The translations under genes and the position numbers were made by a program. A stretch of 64,000 nucleotides of DNA from Camelus ferus (Eukaryota): the NCBI RefSeq assembly GCF_009834535.1, contig NC_045696.1:18478001-18542000 (forward strand). Reading direction: 5' to 3'. Of the stretch, positions 40,343 through 51,690 are shown one piece after another (position 1 is the first letter of the stretch; the number at the start of each line of letters is the position of its first letter). The notes under the pieces are model-generated. The model saw only the letters and a list, made by a program, of their open reading frames with translations, ran no database searches and was not told where the DNA came from.

Positions 40343-40448
40343 TTTATTTATTTTTTAAATTGAAATATAGTCAGTTACAATGTGTCAATTTCTGGTGTAT
40401 GGCATAATGTCCCTGTCATACATGTAAGTACATATACTCGTTTTTTGA
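40343..40448 (-). mobile_element. Young L1 3' stub (camelid-like) nested in old L1
   Basis: 'tttttaaattgaaatatagtcagttacaatgtgtcaatttctggtgtatggcataatgt'. Confidence 0.8.
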
Positions 40449-41370
40449 ATGACAGAAAAAAAGCGGAGAGCCAGTAAAGACAATTATGTGGTAACTGTAA
40501 AATACAGCATAATTGCATAATTCTTATTTTTTTCTTAACTGATTTAAAAGGCAACTGCATAAAACAATATATATATATATTTTATATTCTTTGACTTATA
40601 GCATGTAAAATGTAACATATTTGACAAAACAACTCAAATGAGGTTGGTCAGAACAAAGCTGTACTTGAGGGAGGAAATGACACAGACGGTAAGTGAAAAA
40701 CACAGAAGGAAAGAAAGAGAAATAGAAATCGTCAATGCAAAACAATATAACAAGCTATAAATATGTACTCACTCTCATCCTGTTCTTTAAAAGATGTGAA
40801 CTTATATAAAGTAAAATGACAATGATATGGTATTGGAAAAAACCACTAAATCAATTTTCGGTTATAATTAAAACTCTTAAAATGTTAAAATAGAATATAT
40901 TTATTTAACACAAGATGCCAGTAAAGGAAGAATGGATCAACAGAAAGACGTTAGACATATAAAAAGCAAAATGCAAAATGACAGCTGAAAATCCAACCAT
41001 ATAAGCATAACAAAAATGTGAATGTCTTAAAATGCCTAATCAAAAAAGATTCAAATTATCAGTTTGGATTAAAAAAAAAAAAACAAAATCCAGCTATATA
41101 CTGTCTACAAGAGTTGCATTAGATGTAAAGACACAAGTAAGTTGAAAGTAAAAGGGTGGAAAAGGATTTACCATGTCTTGCCATGCAAGAATAGTTACAT
41201 TATTACCAGACAAAATAGACTTAAAAAAAAGTTACCAGAAATTAAAAGGAATGATTCATCATGATGAAAGTGTCAATCAATGAAAAAGATACAAAAATGA
41301 TAAACATATATGCACCTAACAAAGATCTCCAAAATTCTTACAAAGCAAAATTGAAAGAATTAAAGATGGA

Positions 41371-41514
41371 TGATAATGAAAAAGAACATAAAATGGAATA
41401 TATATATTTGTATAAATGAATCACTATGCTGTATACCAGAAATTAACACAACATTGTAAATCAACTATACTTCCATCAAAAAATGTAAAAAAGTAAGAGA
41501 GAAAGAAAGAAAGG
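41371..41514 (+). mobile_element. Artiodactyl-type L1 3' stub nested in old L1, with TSD
   Basis: 'tgaatcactatgctgtataccagaaattaacacaacattgtaaatcaactatacttc' plus A-rich tail; TSD aagaattaaagatgga (41355-41370) / aagaaatcaaagatgga (41515-41531). Confidence 0.9.
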
Positions 41515-44064
41515 AAGAAATCAAAGATGGAAATTAAAAAATCAACAATAATAGTTGGAGACCTCAAAATCTCAAATTCAATAATAGATAAAACAACACA
41601 GAAATAAAATAGTTTAACAACACTGTAAGTCAAGTAGTTCTATCGTATCTATGGAACATTCCATCCCAAAATAGCAGTATACTCATTCCTCTGAAGCACT
41701 CATGAAACATCGAAAGATTATACTATATGCTTGTCTCTAAAACAAAGTTAAAATAATTATAAATATTTATAAAATGCAAAATATATTCTTTTACTAAAAA
41801 TTAAATTAGAAATTATAAACAGAGAGCATTGGGGAAAATTAACAAATATGTGGAACTTAAATGACATAATCCTAAATAACCAGTGTGTCAGAAAACAAAT
41901 CACATGTAAAAATTTGAATTAGTCAATTAAAAATATCCCCAAAATAAAATCCCAGCCAAGAAGACTTCATGTGTAAAATCTACCCCACATTTAATGGAGT
42001 TAACACAAATACTTTATAAACTCTTCTAAAACATAGAACAGGAAGAAACATGTTCTCTCATTCAATGAGGCAAGAGTTTTCCTGATAGCAGAACCAGGAA
42101 AAGATATTACAAGAGAAGAAAACTGCAGACTAATAATTCCTGTAAATGCAGATACAAAATGTCCTTAACAAAATATAAAAATAATCCAAATGCTCATCAA
42201 CTGATATCTGGGTAAACAAAATGTAGTTTGTCATTACAATGAAATACCAGTCAACAATAAAAATGAATGAATTACTGATACATGATGCAATATGGATAAA
42301 CTTTGAAGACATTATACTAAGTGAAAGATGTTAATGATAAGAGATCACATATTGTATTGCTTCATTTTTAGAAAATATCCAAAATAGGCAAATCTATAGA
42401 GACAGAAAATCTATTAGTGGTTTCCTAGGATTTAGGAGGCCAGGAATAGAGAGTGACTGCTAAAAGATAGAGGTTTTTTTGGTAGGTGATTAAAGTGTTC
42501 TAAATTTAGTTTCTGGTGATGGTTGCAAAACTGTGAATATAGTAAAACACACACACACACATCAAATTGTAGACTTTAAGTGGGTAAATTTTATGACTGA
42601 GTACTGAATCTCAGTAAAGATGTTAAAAAAATAAATAAAAATGCTGGAGTTTTTATTACTGCAGAAGAAAAGCAGAATGATGTTTTAGGGGCAATGAGGT
42701 TGTTTACTATAAGCACAATATTCTGAAAAAATACTTCACAGAAAATACAGGTATAATTATGCTTTCTTCAGTTTTGTTCTTCAGAAGCATTTTTATAATT
42801 CTGTAGGACTTATATAGCAATTGCTTTTTTCCCCTTCAATCAGAATCTATTTTTTTTTCATATTTGTTTTGATCAAATCTGTGCTAGACACTGAGAGTAT
42901 GGAGGGAAACTGTAGGACATAGCTGACACACATGATGTGGAAGATCAAACTTCTTGAGTTGGAGACACACTTCCCAGAACTTTTACTTCAATTATAATAG
43001 TTGGTTTGTTATTTAAATAAGTGAAGGAGTGAGATATTGCTTCTTTAAAGCATTTGGATGATAATATATTTCATGATTATTTATGAGCCTCTGGGCTAGA
43101 ATATAATATATAGGAGAAACCCAAGTAATACTTATTGAATGAAAGAAATCTAGAGCTTTGCATTGAAATCCTGTAAGTGCCAGATAGCATTATTTATCGG
43201 TTAGCCAGTTATATAAATGTATTTCAATATTTTATATGGTATGTATCCTCTATATTTAGTAGATAATAATGAAACATCTTACATAAATGAGGAAGAATAA
43301 GGGTTTGTGATGAGTTTTCTATCTTTGGTAAAAAGCTGAAGAAAATACCCAGACACTAATACTATCCAGTAAGAATTCAAAATAATTGCTTATACTATGG
43401 CAAGCAACCAGACTATTTATAGTAGTGGACTACTGTTTATAGTAGTTATCTATGGTAATGAAGTCTTCGAAAACTTTAAGTGGCTGCCATCAATGAAGAG
43501 ATACAGAAAGCATCTGTCAAACATGTAATCTTTGAGATCAGCTGTTCTGGTAGGCTCTGTTTATCTTGAAAGAAATCATGCTTGCCTGCTGTTTCTGAAT
43601 TTTGTTATTTTATCAACAAAATGCTGCTATATGGGAGATAAAAGTGGTGGGAAGGCTTTGAGCATTGCATTCTTGTTTTCAAGATCTGACTCTCACCCTA
43701 GTCCTAAGAATAAGAATGTGTTGAACACTGTGCATTATCTTAGTTGGAAAGATAAGGAAATTGTAAAGGCATGACAAAAAGGAATGTTGGGAGGGATACT
43801 GTATTGTTTAACAGAATAACATTTTCATCTTATGTTTTGACTTCTCAGCATCCACATAAAGATACAAATGCAAGCAGCAGACCTGATCAAAAAAGTGAGG
43901 GGCATCTAATCCCAGACATCAAATATCAATTGAATTAGGTAGTGTAACATTTCTTTTCCATGAATAGTATAATAACCATATAATGCAAGCAATGTATGTT
44001 GACCTCTCCAAGTAAGCCTACCTATGTATTTCTTCATTTGTTTTTCACTTAGAGACATCACAAA

Positions 44065-44242
44065 TTTAAATTCTTGCAAAAAGTTTTACTAAATGCAGAA
44101 TTAGTCATATCACGTACTCCTTGTATTATCATTAGCAAATTAATCACCTTAATCTTCTCATATGTGAAATCAGAATAATGGTAGCATCTAATTAAAACAT
44201 TATTGCAAGAACTTAAGTAGATAATACATGTGAAATGCTCGT
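44065..44242 (+). mobile_element. MIR SINE
   Basis: 'cttctcatatgtgaaatcagaataatggtagcatcta...attattgcaagaacttaagtagataatacatgtgaaatgctc'. Confidence 0.75.
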
Positions 44243-44267
44243 CCCCCCAAAAATATCAGGACCAGGG

Positions 44268-45370
44268 TTCTGGTACATGGAAGTAGCGTAGTGCTATAAG
44301 AAATACCTAAAGATGTGGGAATGACTTTGAAAATTGGCAGTGGATGGAAGCTAGAAGAATTTCAAAGATTTCTGATAGAAAAAACCTAAATCATTGGACA
44401 GATTGTTAGAAATCTGTACTTTAAAGATTCAGGCAGTGAAGACTCATTGACTCTACTATAATCTGAACTTGGATCATGATAATGATGAGAGCGACAAAGG
44501 AAACAAAGAACATACTATTGGAACAGAAAGGAAAGAGGATCCTTATTGCCTAGTTGCAGAAACTTAGCAACTCTATTATCCATAATAAAATGGAAAGTAA
44601 AACATGTGCCTAATGAATTTGATGACCTAGCTAAGGAGATGTCCAAGCAGAGTGGAGAAGATATTGCCAGGTTTCTTTTTCCTACTTACAGCAAAATTCA
44701 AGAGAAGTGAGATAAACTGCAGAAAGATCTGCTAAACAAGAAAAATAAAAACTAGGATGAAATGATTTGGGGCTGTCTCAACCTCTCCCAGTAGGAAAGG
44801 ATACTAAAATTTGGAAATGGATTCTGAGCACTGTCAAGAAAGCATGCCTAGAGAAATAACTGACAGTGTGATGGTGTAAACTTTTTCTAAATACTCAGGA
44901 AGATAAAAAAAAAAGTGAGAATATTTAATCATGCAAAGTTTCTTTTTAAGAGATTAAGGATGTGTCTCATAGAACCTCTCAATCAAACCATCATCTCTCT
45001 AGGAAACAAGAGTGATGTCCCTCAGTCAGCTCAGCCTGAGCTCAAGACAGAGAAGGGCTTACCTCAAAATGACCTCTTAATATGGATTTTGTGTAAAGAA
45101 TGAACCTCAGTTAATTCCATGGGAGATATATATAGTTTTTGAGAAAATTATTTCAGCAGAAAAACTGACAGGATGGGAAGGAACAGAGAGAATACAAGCT
45201 AGAAGCTTACCCCAACTTCAACCATTGAACAGGCTGATAACACTATTTACCTACAATCCTTGAACAGATAATTTACTAGACTAAAACTCTCAACAAGCAT
45301 TTGGGATAAGGAAGGTAAATGTATTTTACATGTGGGACAGATGTGAACCACTGGAGGGTAGAGGGTGGAC
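44268..45370 (+). mobile_element. MaLR internal sequence (MLT1-int), 5' LTR missing
   Basis: Starts 'tggtacatggaagtagcgtagtgctataagaaatacctaaagatgtgggaatgactttg'; contains 'ctagctaaggagatgtccaagcagagtg'; ends in purine tract 'ggagggtagagggtggac' abutting the LTR. Confidence 0.85.
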
Positions 45371-45912
45371 TGAGATGAACAGTCTCCTAGAGTGGCCCTT
45401 CATAATCCAAGTTCCCTTATGTTATGTTCAAGCCCTGTGTGATCCCTTCGAGTGTGAGCAGGATCTGTGACTTGCTTCTAATCAATAGAATACATCAAAA
45501 GTGAAAGGACCTCTCTGATCAAGTGATTAATCTACAAGGGATTGCAGTAACCATTTTCCTGGAGTCTCTCACTCTCTTGCTCACCTTGACGAAGCAAACA
45601 GCTTTGTTGGAAGGTCCATATGACAAGAAACTGGGAGTAGCCTCCAGCTTTTGATCAGCAAGAAACTAAAGGTCTTGTTTCCAAAGCATCAAGAAACAAA
45701 TGCTGCTAAAAATCATGTAATCTTGAAATAGATATATCTCCAATAGAGTCTTGAAATGATAACCCAGCCTGGTGTGACACCTCGATTGCAGCATTTTAGA
45801 GGACAAGCTACATTGTTCCTAGACATCTTGCCTAGACAGAAGTTTTGAGTTAATGAATTTGTGGCCACTAAACTCCTGGTAATTTTTTAATTGCAGCAAT
45901 AGAAACTGTTAC
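45371..45912 (+). mobile_element. MaLR 3' LTR (MLT1E/F-like)
   Basis: TG...CA ends; 'gagtgtgagcaggatctgtgacttgcttctaatcaatagaat'; 3' end 'gcagcaatagaaactgttaca'. Confidence 0.85.
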
Positions 45913-47259
45913 AGACATACTAAAGATTTCCCTGTTTAGGGCTGATGGTCATGGGGTAGCTGAGGGCAGAGAAGACTAAAAGGAAAGGAAAATAATTAGG
46001 TTTCTCTTTATTAACATTCCACGACAGTCATTCACACATCTGTAATGTGACACTTCCTAGTGTTTTTGTGCTATTAATCTAGCCATTAGATTATTACCTA
46101 AACTATTGTTTCTAACTCCTTTGTTCCAAAAGGGGAGAGTCTAGACCTTTGAACTATATTAAGTTGCCCTATTTGGAGGACAATTTGTATAGGAGGTGCT
46201 AAGAAAAGTTAAAATGCATAGTGAAGAAGGGAGAGAGAATTTAGAATGATAATCTTCTTAAACTAATTATTAGGTAAACTAAACCATTCTTTAAGAAATT
46301 ATTGACTAAATTAGGAATTGCAGGAAGTTATTTTTTCTAAAACATAAAAAGTGGTTTAAAAGATGGGATTTTTTTCTCATAAAATTCAGATATGTTTTGT
46401 TAACAGATCATAAGTAAAATGTTAACATCAGTTTCTATCTGTATGTCCTTAATTTTATTCCTGAGATATCTTTTATTAATGTCTAGAAATTATACCTGAG
46501 TTCAGTTTTACAAATAATTATAATTAAACTAACATGTTATATAAATGTTGCCTCTCCTAAATATATGGTGACCCCTCCCATATCTAGAGCAATCCACCAT
46601 CATTATTCCTAATTACAGTAATGCTTTCTTTTGACTCTACATACAATCTTTGACCACGTAGAAATTATACTAATCATTTTCTTTCCCATCATTTTATTAA
46701 GATGAAAACAAAGCAGATAGGTGTATGGATTGGTGAATTTTCTCAAACTGAATTTTCCCATATAGCCACCTCCCATGTGAATAAATAGAATATAGAAAGA
46801 CCTCAGAAATAATCATAACCCTTGATCAAAAAATCACCCCCTGTCTATCAGCATAAGTTAATTTTGTCTGGTTTTGAACTCTTCATAAATGGACACAACA
46901 GTGCCATTTTGTGTCTGACTTCTTTTTTTTTAATTTTTTAATTTTAATTTTTTTTACTTTTTTTATTTAGTGATGGTCATTTTACAATGTTGTGTCAAAT
47001 TCTAGTGTAGGCACAATTTTTCAGTTATTCATGAACATATATATATTCATTGTCACATTTTTTTTTCCACTATGAGCTACCACAAGATCTTGTATATATT
47101 TCCCTGTGCTATACAGTATAATCTTGTTTATTCTGCATTTTAAAATCCTGGTCTGTCCCTTCCCACCCCCAGCCCCTTTGGCAACCACAAGTTTGTATTC
47201 TAATGTGTATGAGTCTGTTTCTGTTTTGTATTTCTGTTTTGGTTTTTTTTTTAGATTTT

Positions 47260-47618
47260 TCATATGAGTGATCTCATATGGTATTTTTCTTTCTCTTTCT
47301 GGCTTACTTCACTTAGAATGACATTCTCCAGGAACATCCATGTTGCTGCAAATGGTGTTATGTTGTCGGTTTTTGTGGCTGAATAGTATTCCATCATATA
47401 AATATACCACTTCTTTATCCAGTCATCTGTTGATGGACATTTAGGCTGTTTCCATGTCTTGGCTATTGTAAATAATGCTGCCATGAACATCGGGGTGCAG
47501 GTGTCATTTTGAAGTAGGGTTCCTTCTGGATTTATGCTCAAGAGCAGGATTCCTGGGTCCTATGGTAAGACTATTCCTAGTCTTTTGAGGAATCTCCATA
47601 CTGTTTTCCACAATGGCT
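47260..47618 (-). pseudogene. L1 ORF2p C-terminal remnant (~119 codons)
   Basis: PLWKTVWRFLKRLGIVLP*DPGILLLSINPE...[40 protein letters not shown]..: the L1 ORF2 C-terminus, with one in-frame stop. Confidence 0.92.
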
Positions 47619-47757
47619 TTCCTTGCTTCACTCTCCCACTTTTAAAGATTTAGATGTCTTCTTTTACGATTTTGTGTTTATTCGTTTTGTAATTCATGGC
47701 AGTTATCTCCTTTCCAGTTGAGTTTCTCATTTTTGTTGCATCCTGCTTCTTTTCTAT

Positions 47758-48672
47758 TTAGAGTAGACCTGTCAATATTTCTTTTAGCATGAGTTTAGTG
47801 TTGCTAAACTCTTAGTTTTTTCTTGTCTGTGAAGTTCTTTATCTCTCCTTCTATCCTAAAGGATAGCCTTGCTGGATAGAGTATCCCAGGCTGCATATTT
47901 TTTTCATGCAGGACTTTGAATATGTCAGGACTTTGAATATGTCTTGCCACTCCCTTCTGGCCTGTAATATTTGTGTAGAGAAATCAGCTGAGAGCCTTAT
48001 GGTGATACCCTTGTAACTCACTCTTTGTTTTTCTTTTGCTGCCTTTAGGATCATTTCTTTATCCTTGACTCTGGCCATCTTGATTATGATATGTCTTGAT
48101 GTGGTTCTGTTTAGGTTCTTCCTGTTTGGGACCCTCTGAGCCTCCTGTACTTGGATATCTGATTCCTTTAGGTTTGGGAAGTTTTCAGTCATGATTTCTT
48201 CAAATACCTTTTCAATCCCCTTTGTTCTTTCTTCCCCTTCTGGAACCCCTATTATGTGTAGATTGGCATGCTTTATATTATTCCATAGGTCCCATATATT
48301 GTTTTCATTGTTTTTCATTTGTTTTTCTCTCAGCTGTTCTGATTGGGTGCTTTCTGTTGTCCTGTCTTCTAGGTCATTTATTCGTTCCTCTGCATTATCT
48401 AGCCTGTTTTGTACACCCTTTAGGTCAGCTCTCATCTCAGCAAATGAGTTTACTACTTCTACTTGGTTCTTCTTTATAGCTTCTACTTCATTTTTGACAT
48501 ATTTTATATCTTTAAACACTATTTCTTTTAGTTCCTTTAGTACTTTGACCACTCCTTTTTTGAATTCTTGATCTAGTAGGCCATCAATGTCTATTTCCTT
48601 GATTGTGCTTTCAGGGGATTTCTCTTGATCTTTTAATTGGGAGTGGTTCCTCTGCTTCTTCATGTTGCTCAT
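47758..48672 (-). pseudogene. L1 ORF1p (coiled coil-RRM-CTD), open for ~248 codons then frameshifted
   Basis: ORF track 47851..48672: motifs NLHIIGVPEGEE, ENFPNL, RHIIIKM, IRLSADFS, ARREW. A 17-bp duplication (47909-47942) shifts the frame; the ancestral C-terminus YPARLSFRIEGEIKNFTDK...LKEILTGLL* ends at 47758. Confidence 0.95.
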
Positions 48673-50015
48673 ATCTCTCTGGCACTGTGGCTTAGGGAGT
48701 ATCAGTTATCTAGTTCTCCTGGAGACGGTGTGCTCTTAATGATTTTATCAAGAGGCCTTTGTGTCTTTGCCCTGTTTTGCGAAATCAGCTTGCTGTTTCC
48801 AGAGACCCTCTGTTGGCACCCTTGTCTGTGCTGCTCCCAGTGGCTGTTGGCTAGCAGATTGCATCCCCTACCAACACTGGGTCAGGTGCTGAGCTCTTAC
48901 CCAGTGGGTGGGCAGGCGGGTCACTCCCCCTCCCGATGCCGCAGTCAGATGCTGCACTCGGGCGAGGCATGTGGGTGGATCGCGCCCCCTCCCAGCACTG
49001 TGGTCAGGTGCTGCGTTCCTGCCAGGAAAGCGGGTTGCCGCCCACCCGCTCCCGGCAGTTGCTGTGCTGCTCTGTGCAGCTGTCTGCTCCGCCTTGGGTT
49101 GGTGCTCTGAAGGTGGGCTCAGGGAAGACCAGGGAATGGCCTTGCCCCTGCTCCATGCCAAATCTCAGCTCATTGTTTGTCTTGGCAGTGCAAGTTCTCT
49201 GAGGTACCAGGGCAGAAAGATCCTATCTGCCTCTGGTTGTAAACAAGTCTCAGTCCTGGCTAGGAGGTTGCAGAGCTCCTGGGTGTGGATTCAGGTCTTG
49301 GCCTCACCCCCGCCTGGGTGCTGCACACAGGAGGAGATGGCGGCTGTGGCTGTGCCCCGTCTCTCTTCTTGCAAGAAGCACCAAGTAATGGCGGCACAGG
49401 TCTGAGGAGAAAAAGGCTATGGTGCCCCTCACCCCCAGGGCACACCAGCCATGTTGCTTTGCTTTTTTCGCAATTTATGGGGGACCAAGTTTGTTCTGTT
49501 CCATATCCCCTCCCAGCCATGGTGTACAGCACTCTGCAGTTCCCTGGGGCTGCCTCAATGCAGCTGCCCCAGTCCTCTGCCTGGCTCAGGTGGCCTGTCC
49601 TGGCCCCAGCTGCCGGCTCGCATCTCGGACTGGGTGTCACAGGGACCCTTTGTGCCCGTTTAACTCAGTTCTGTCGGTCAAGGGGTGCTCAGGGCAGGTC
49701 TGAGCCTCGGAGGCTCCCTCTCCGTCCCGCTGGCGTCTCCGTTGGAGAGGGGAGCCCCGGTGAATGAGCGCCAGTCCTCCTTTGCTACTCCCTCCCCACA
49801 GGATTGGTCCTGCATTGTTTTGCTTTTTTTTCTTTCTTTTTTCCTTTTCTCCTACAAGATTTTTGGCGTCTTTGCCTTTGAAGAGGGCGATGTTCTGTCA
49901 GAGTTCAGCAGGTGCTCTAGTTGGCTGAGTAGGTCCGTAGATGTGAATTTTGGTGTATTTGTGGGAGAGGGTGAGCTATAAGTGTCCTTCTACTCCGCCA
50001 TCTTGCTCCTCCTCC
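48673..50015 (-). promoter_or_regulatory. L1 5'UTR internal Pol II promoter, GC/CpG-rich, with YY1 site
   Basis: The only strongly GC-rich stretch in the window; CCGCCATCTT (AAGATGGCGG on minus) at 49995-50004, about 11 nt inside the element 5' end, as in L1 promoters. Confidence 0.85.
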
Positions 50016-50397
50016 TGTGTCTGACTTCTTTCATGCAGCTTTATTTTGGCAAGAGTCATCCAAATGTGCTGAATGTACTGATAGTTTCTTCATCTTCATT
50101 GTGTTACTGCAGCATAATATAGGTATCTGTTTTCTGTCAGTGGGCACTGAAGCAGTCTCCAGGTGAGGGTTATTATGAATAGGGCTATTCTGAACATTCT
50201 TGAATATGTCCACTGGTGTATGTATGTGCTTATTCCTTTTGAGAGTAATCGGGAGGTTTTTTTTTTTGCAAAGGTGTAGATTATGCAAATATGCCTTTTT
50301 AATGGATACTAGCAATTTTGCAAACCATACTACTTTACACTCCCAAACACCATGTTTCTGAATACAGGTCATGCCACATTCACCAAAATTTGCATCT

Positions 50398-51010
50398 GTT
50401 TGTTTTTATTGAAATACAGCTGATTTAAAATATTGTGTTAATTTCAGGTGTACAGCAAAGTAATTCAGTTTCTTATGTAAATATATATGTAAATATCTAC
50501 TTTTTTTTGCTTTGATTCTTTTCTATTATAGTTTATTATAAGATATTGAATATAGTTCCCTGTGCTATACAGTAAGACCTTGTTGTTTATCTATTTTATA
50601 TATGGCAATGTACATCTGTTAATCCTAGACTCCCAGTTTATCCCTCCCCAACCCCTTTCCCTTTGGTAACCATAAGTTTGTTTCCTATATCTGTGAGTCT
50701 GTTTCTGTTTTGTAAATAAGTTCATTTGTACTACTTTTTTAGATTCCACATATAAGTGATATTATATAATATTTGTCTTTCTCTGACTTACTTCATTTGT
50801 ATGATATTGTCTAGATCCATCCAGGTTGCTACAAATGACATTATTTCATTCTTTTTATGGCTGAGTAATATTCCAGTGTGTGTGTGAATATATATATACA
50901 CACATATATACATATGTATATATACCACACTTCTTTATCCATTCATCTCTTGGTGGACACTTAGTTTCCTTCCATGTCTTGGCTATTATAAGTAGGGCTG
51001 AACATTGGGA
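50398..51010 (-). mobile_element. Artiodactyl-type L1 3' end (5'-truncated)
   Basis: 'ttgaaatacagctgattt...ggtgtacagcaaagtaattcag', 'ccctttggtaaccataagtttgtt', 'ttccatgtcttggctatt'. Confidence 0.9.
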
Positions 51011-51134
51011 TAAAATGTATATCTTCTTAATGACTAATACAACTGTTCAGTTTTTCATAAGTTTCTCAACCATTTGGATACCTCAGAATATTTAAGTTTT
51101 TTGATTTTCTTCTGCTATCTGAAAATATTTTTCA

Positions 51135-51690
51135 AGACTAGAGCAAGAGAGTAATCTTTTTAACTCCCAAATCATGTATTCTTCAACCCTGAATTTTTTT
51201 TAAAGTAAAAAAAAGTTAAAAAAAAAAATTCCAAAGGTTTACCCTTTTTACTTTGAGTAACACCTATGTAACATTGACGTGGTCTAAAATTTCCTACACA
51301 AAATCTTTTTTCAATTCTGCTGCACGCACACTCTCTTTACTGCTGTTCTCAGGTTGCACCACGTTTTTGTTCTTGCCCTTGTTGTTACTTTCCTTTTAAC
51401 TTAGTTTAGAGATTTTATCCTTATTATTTTAATCTTCTGACTACTGACTATCTCAGCAATTACGTGTCTGCTCAATTGTCATGTAACGAGATGCTTTACC
51501 TGATGAACTAGGATTCCTTGACTTTGATTTTATTGAGGCTCCTTAACATTTTAATTTCTTTAGTTCACTTATCACTATCTGAAATTATCTTATTTTTAAA
51601 CTTCCATCTTCAATATTTCTGTCAATAGCAACTGAGTCTGTATCAGGTACATAACAACTACTTGACACATTTTTAATAAGTGAATGAGAA
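51135..51690 (+). mobile_element. LINE-2 3' fragment
   Basis: 'cacttatcactatctgaaattatcttattt', ending 'ggtacataacaactacttgacacatttttaataagtgaatgag'. Confidence 0.6.

Larger units (their letters stand above)
39560..42640 (+). mobile_element. Old L1 (L1MB/L1M4-type): 5' region, ORF1 end, spacer, EN, partial ORF2, L1MB7/8-like 3' end; large internal deletions
   Basis: ORF1 end 'aaaagctgagagaattcatt'; EN 'aaacatatatgcacctaac' (NIYAPN) and 'ataatagttggagacctc' (IIVGD); 3'UTR 'ggcaaatctatagagacagaaa...ggtgatggttgcaaaactgtgaatatagtaaaa'; A-rich tail at ~42625-42640. Confidence 0.85.
46926..50015 (-). mobile_element. Young L1-derived element with full 5'UTR, ORF1, ORF2 C-terminal stub, 3'UTR and poly-A (ORF2-deleted, HAL1-like)
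   Basis: Perfect 16-bp TSD tgtgtctgacttcttt (46910-46925 and 50016-50031); T-rich tail 46926-46968; 5' start GGAGGAGGAGCAAGATGGCGG; ORF1 and ORF2 C-terminus identifiable; length 3090 bp. Confidence 0.95.
46685..51085 (-). mobile_element. Old L1ME-type host element split by two younger L1 insertions (segments ~46685-46925, ~50016-50397, ~51011-51085)
   Basis: 'attttgtctggttttgaactcttcataaatgga...tgtgtctgacttcttt|catgcagc...gagtcatccaaatgtgctg' is continuous once the insert is removed; the element continues with 'atgactaatacaactg...ccatttggatacctc'. Confidence 0.75.

Noticed and set aside
48191..48571. 126-aa Ser/Phe-rich + strand ORF
   Set aside because: Antisense shadow of L1 ORF1.
48637..49981. 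Several 90-165 aa ORFs antisense or sense in the L1 5'UTR (possible ORF0 analogue)
   Set aside because: Expected by chance in GC-rich, stop-poor sequence; most start at non-ATG codons; no recognisable homology.
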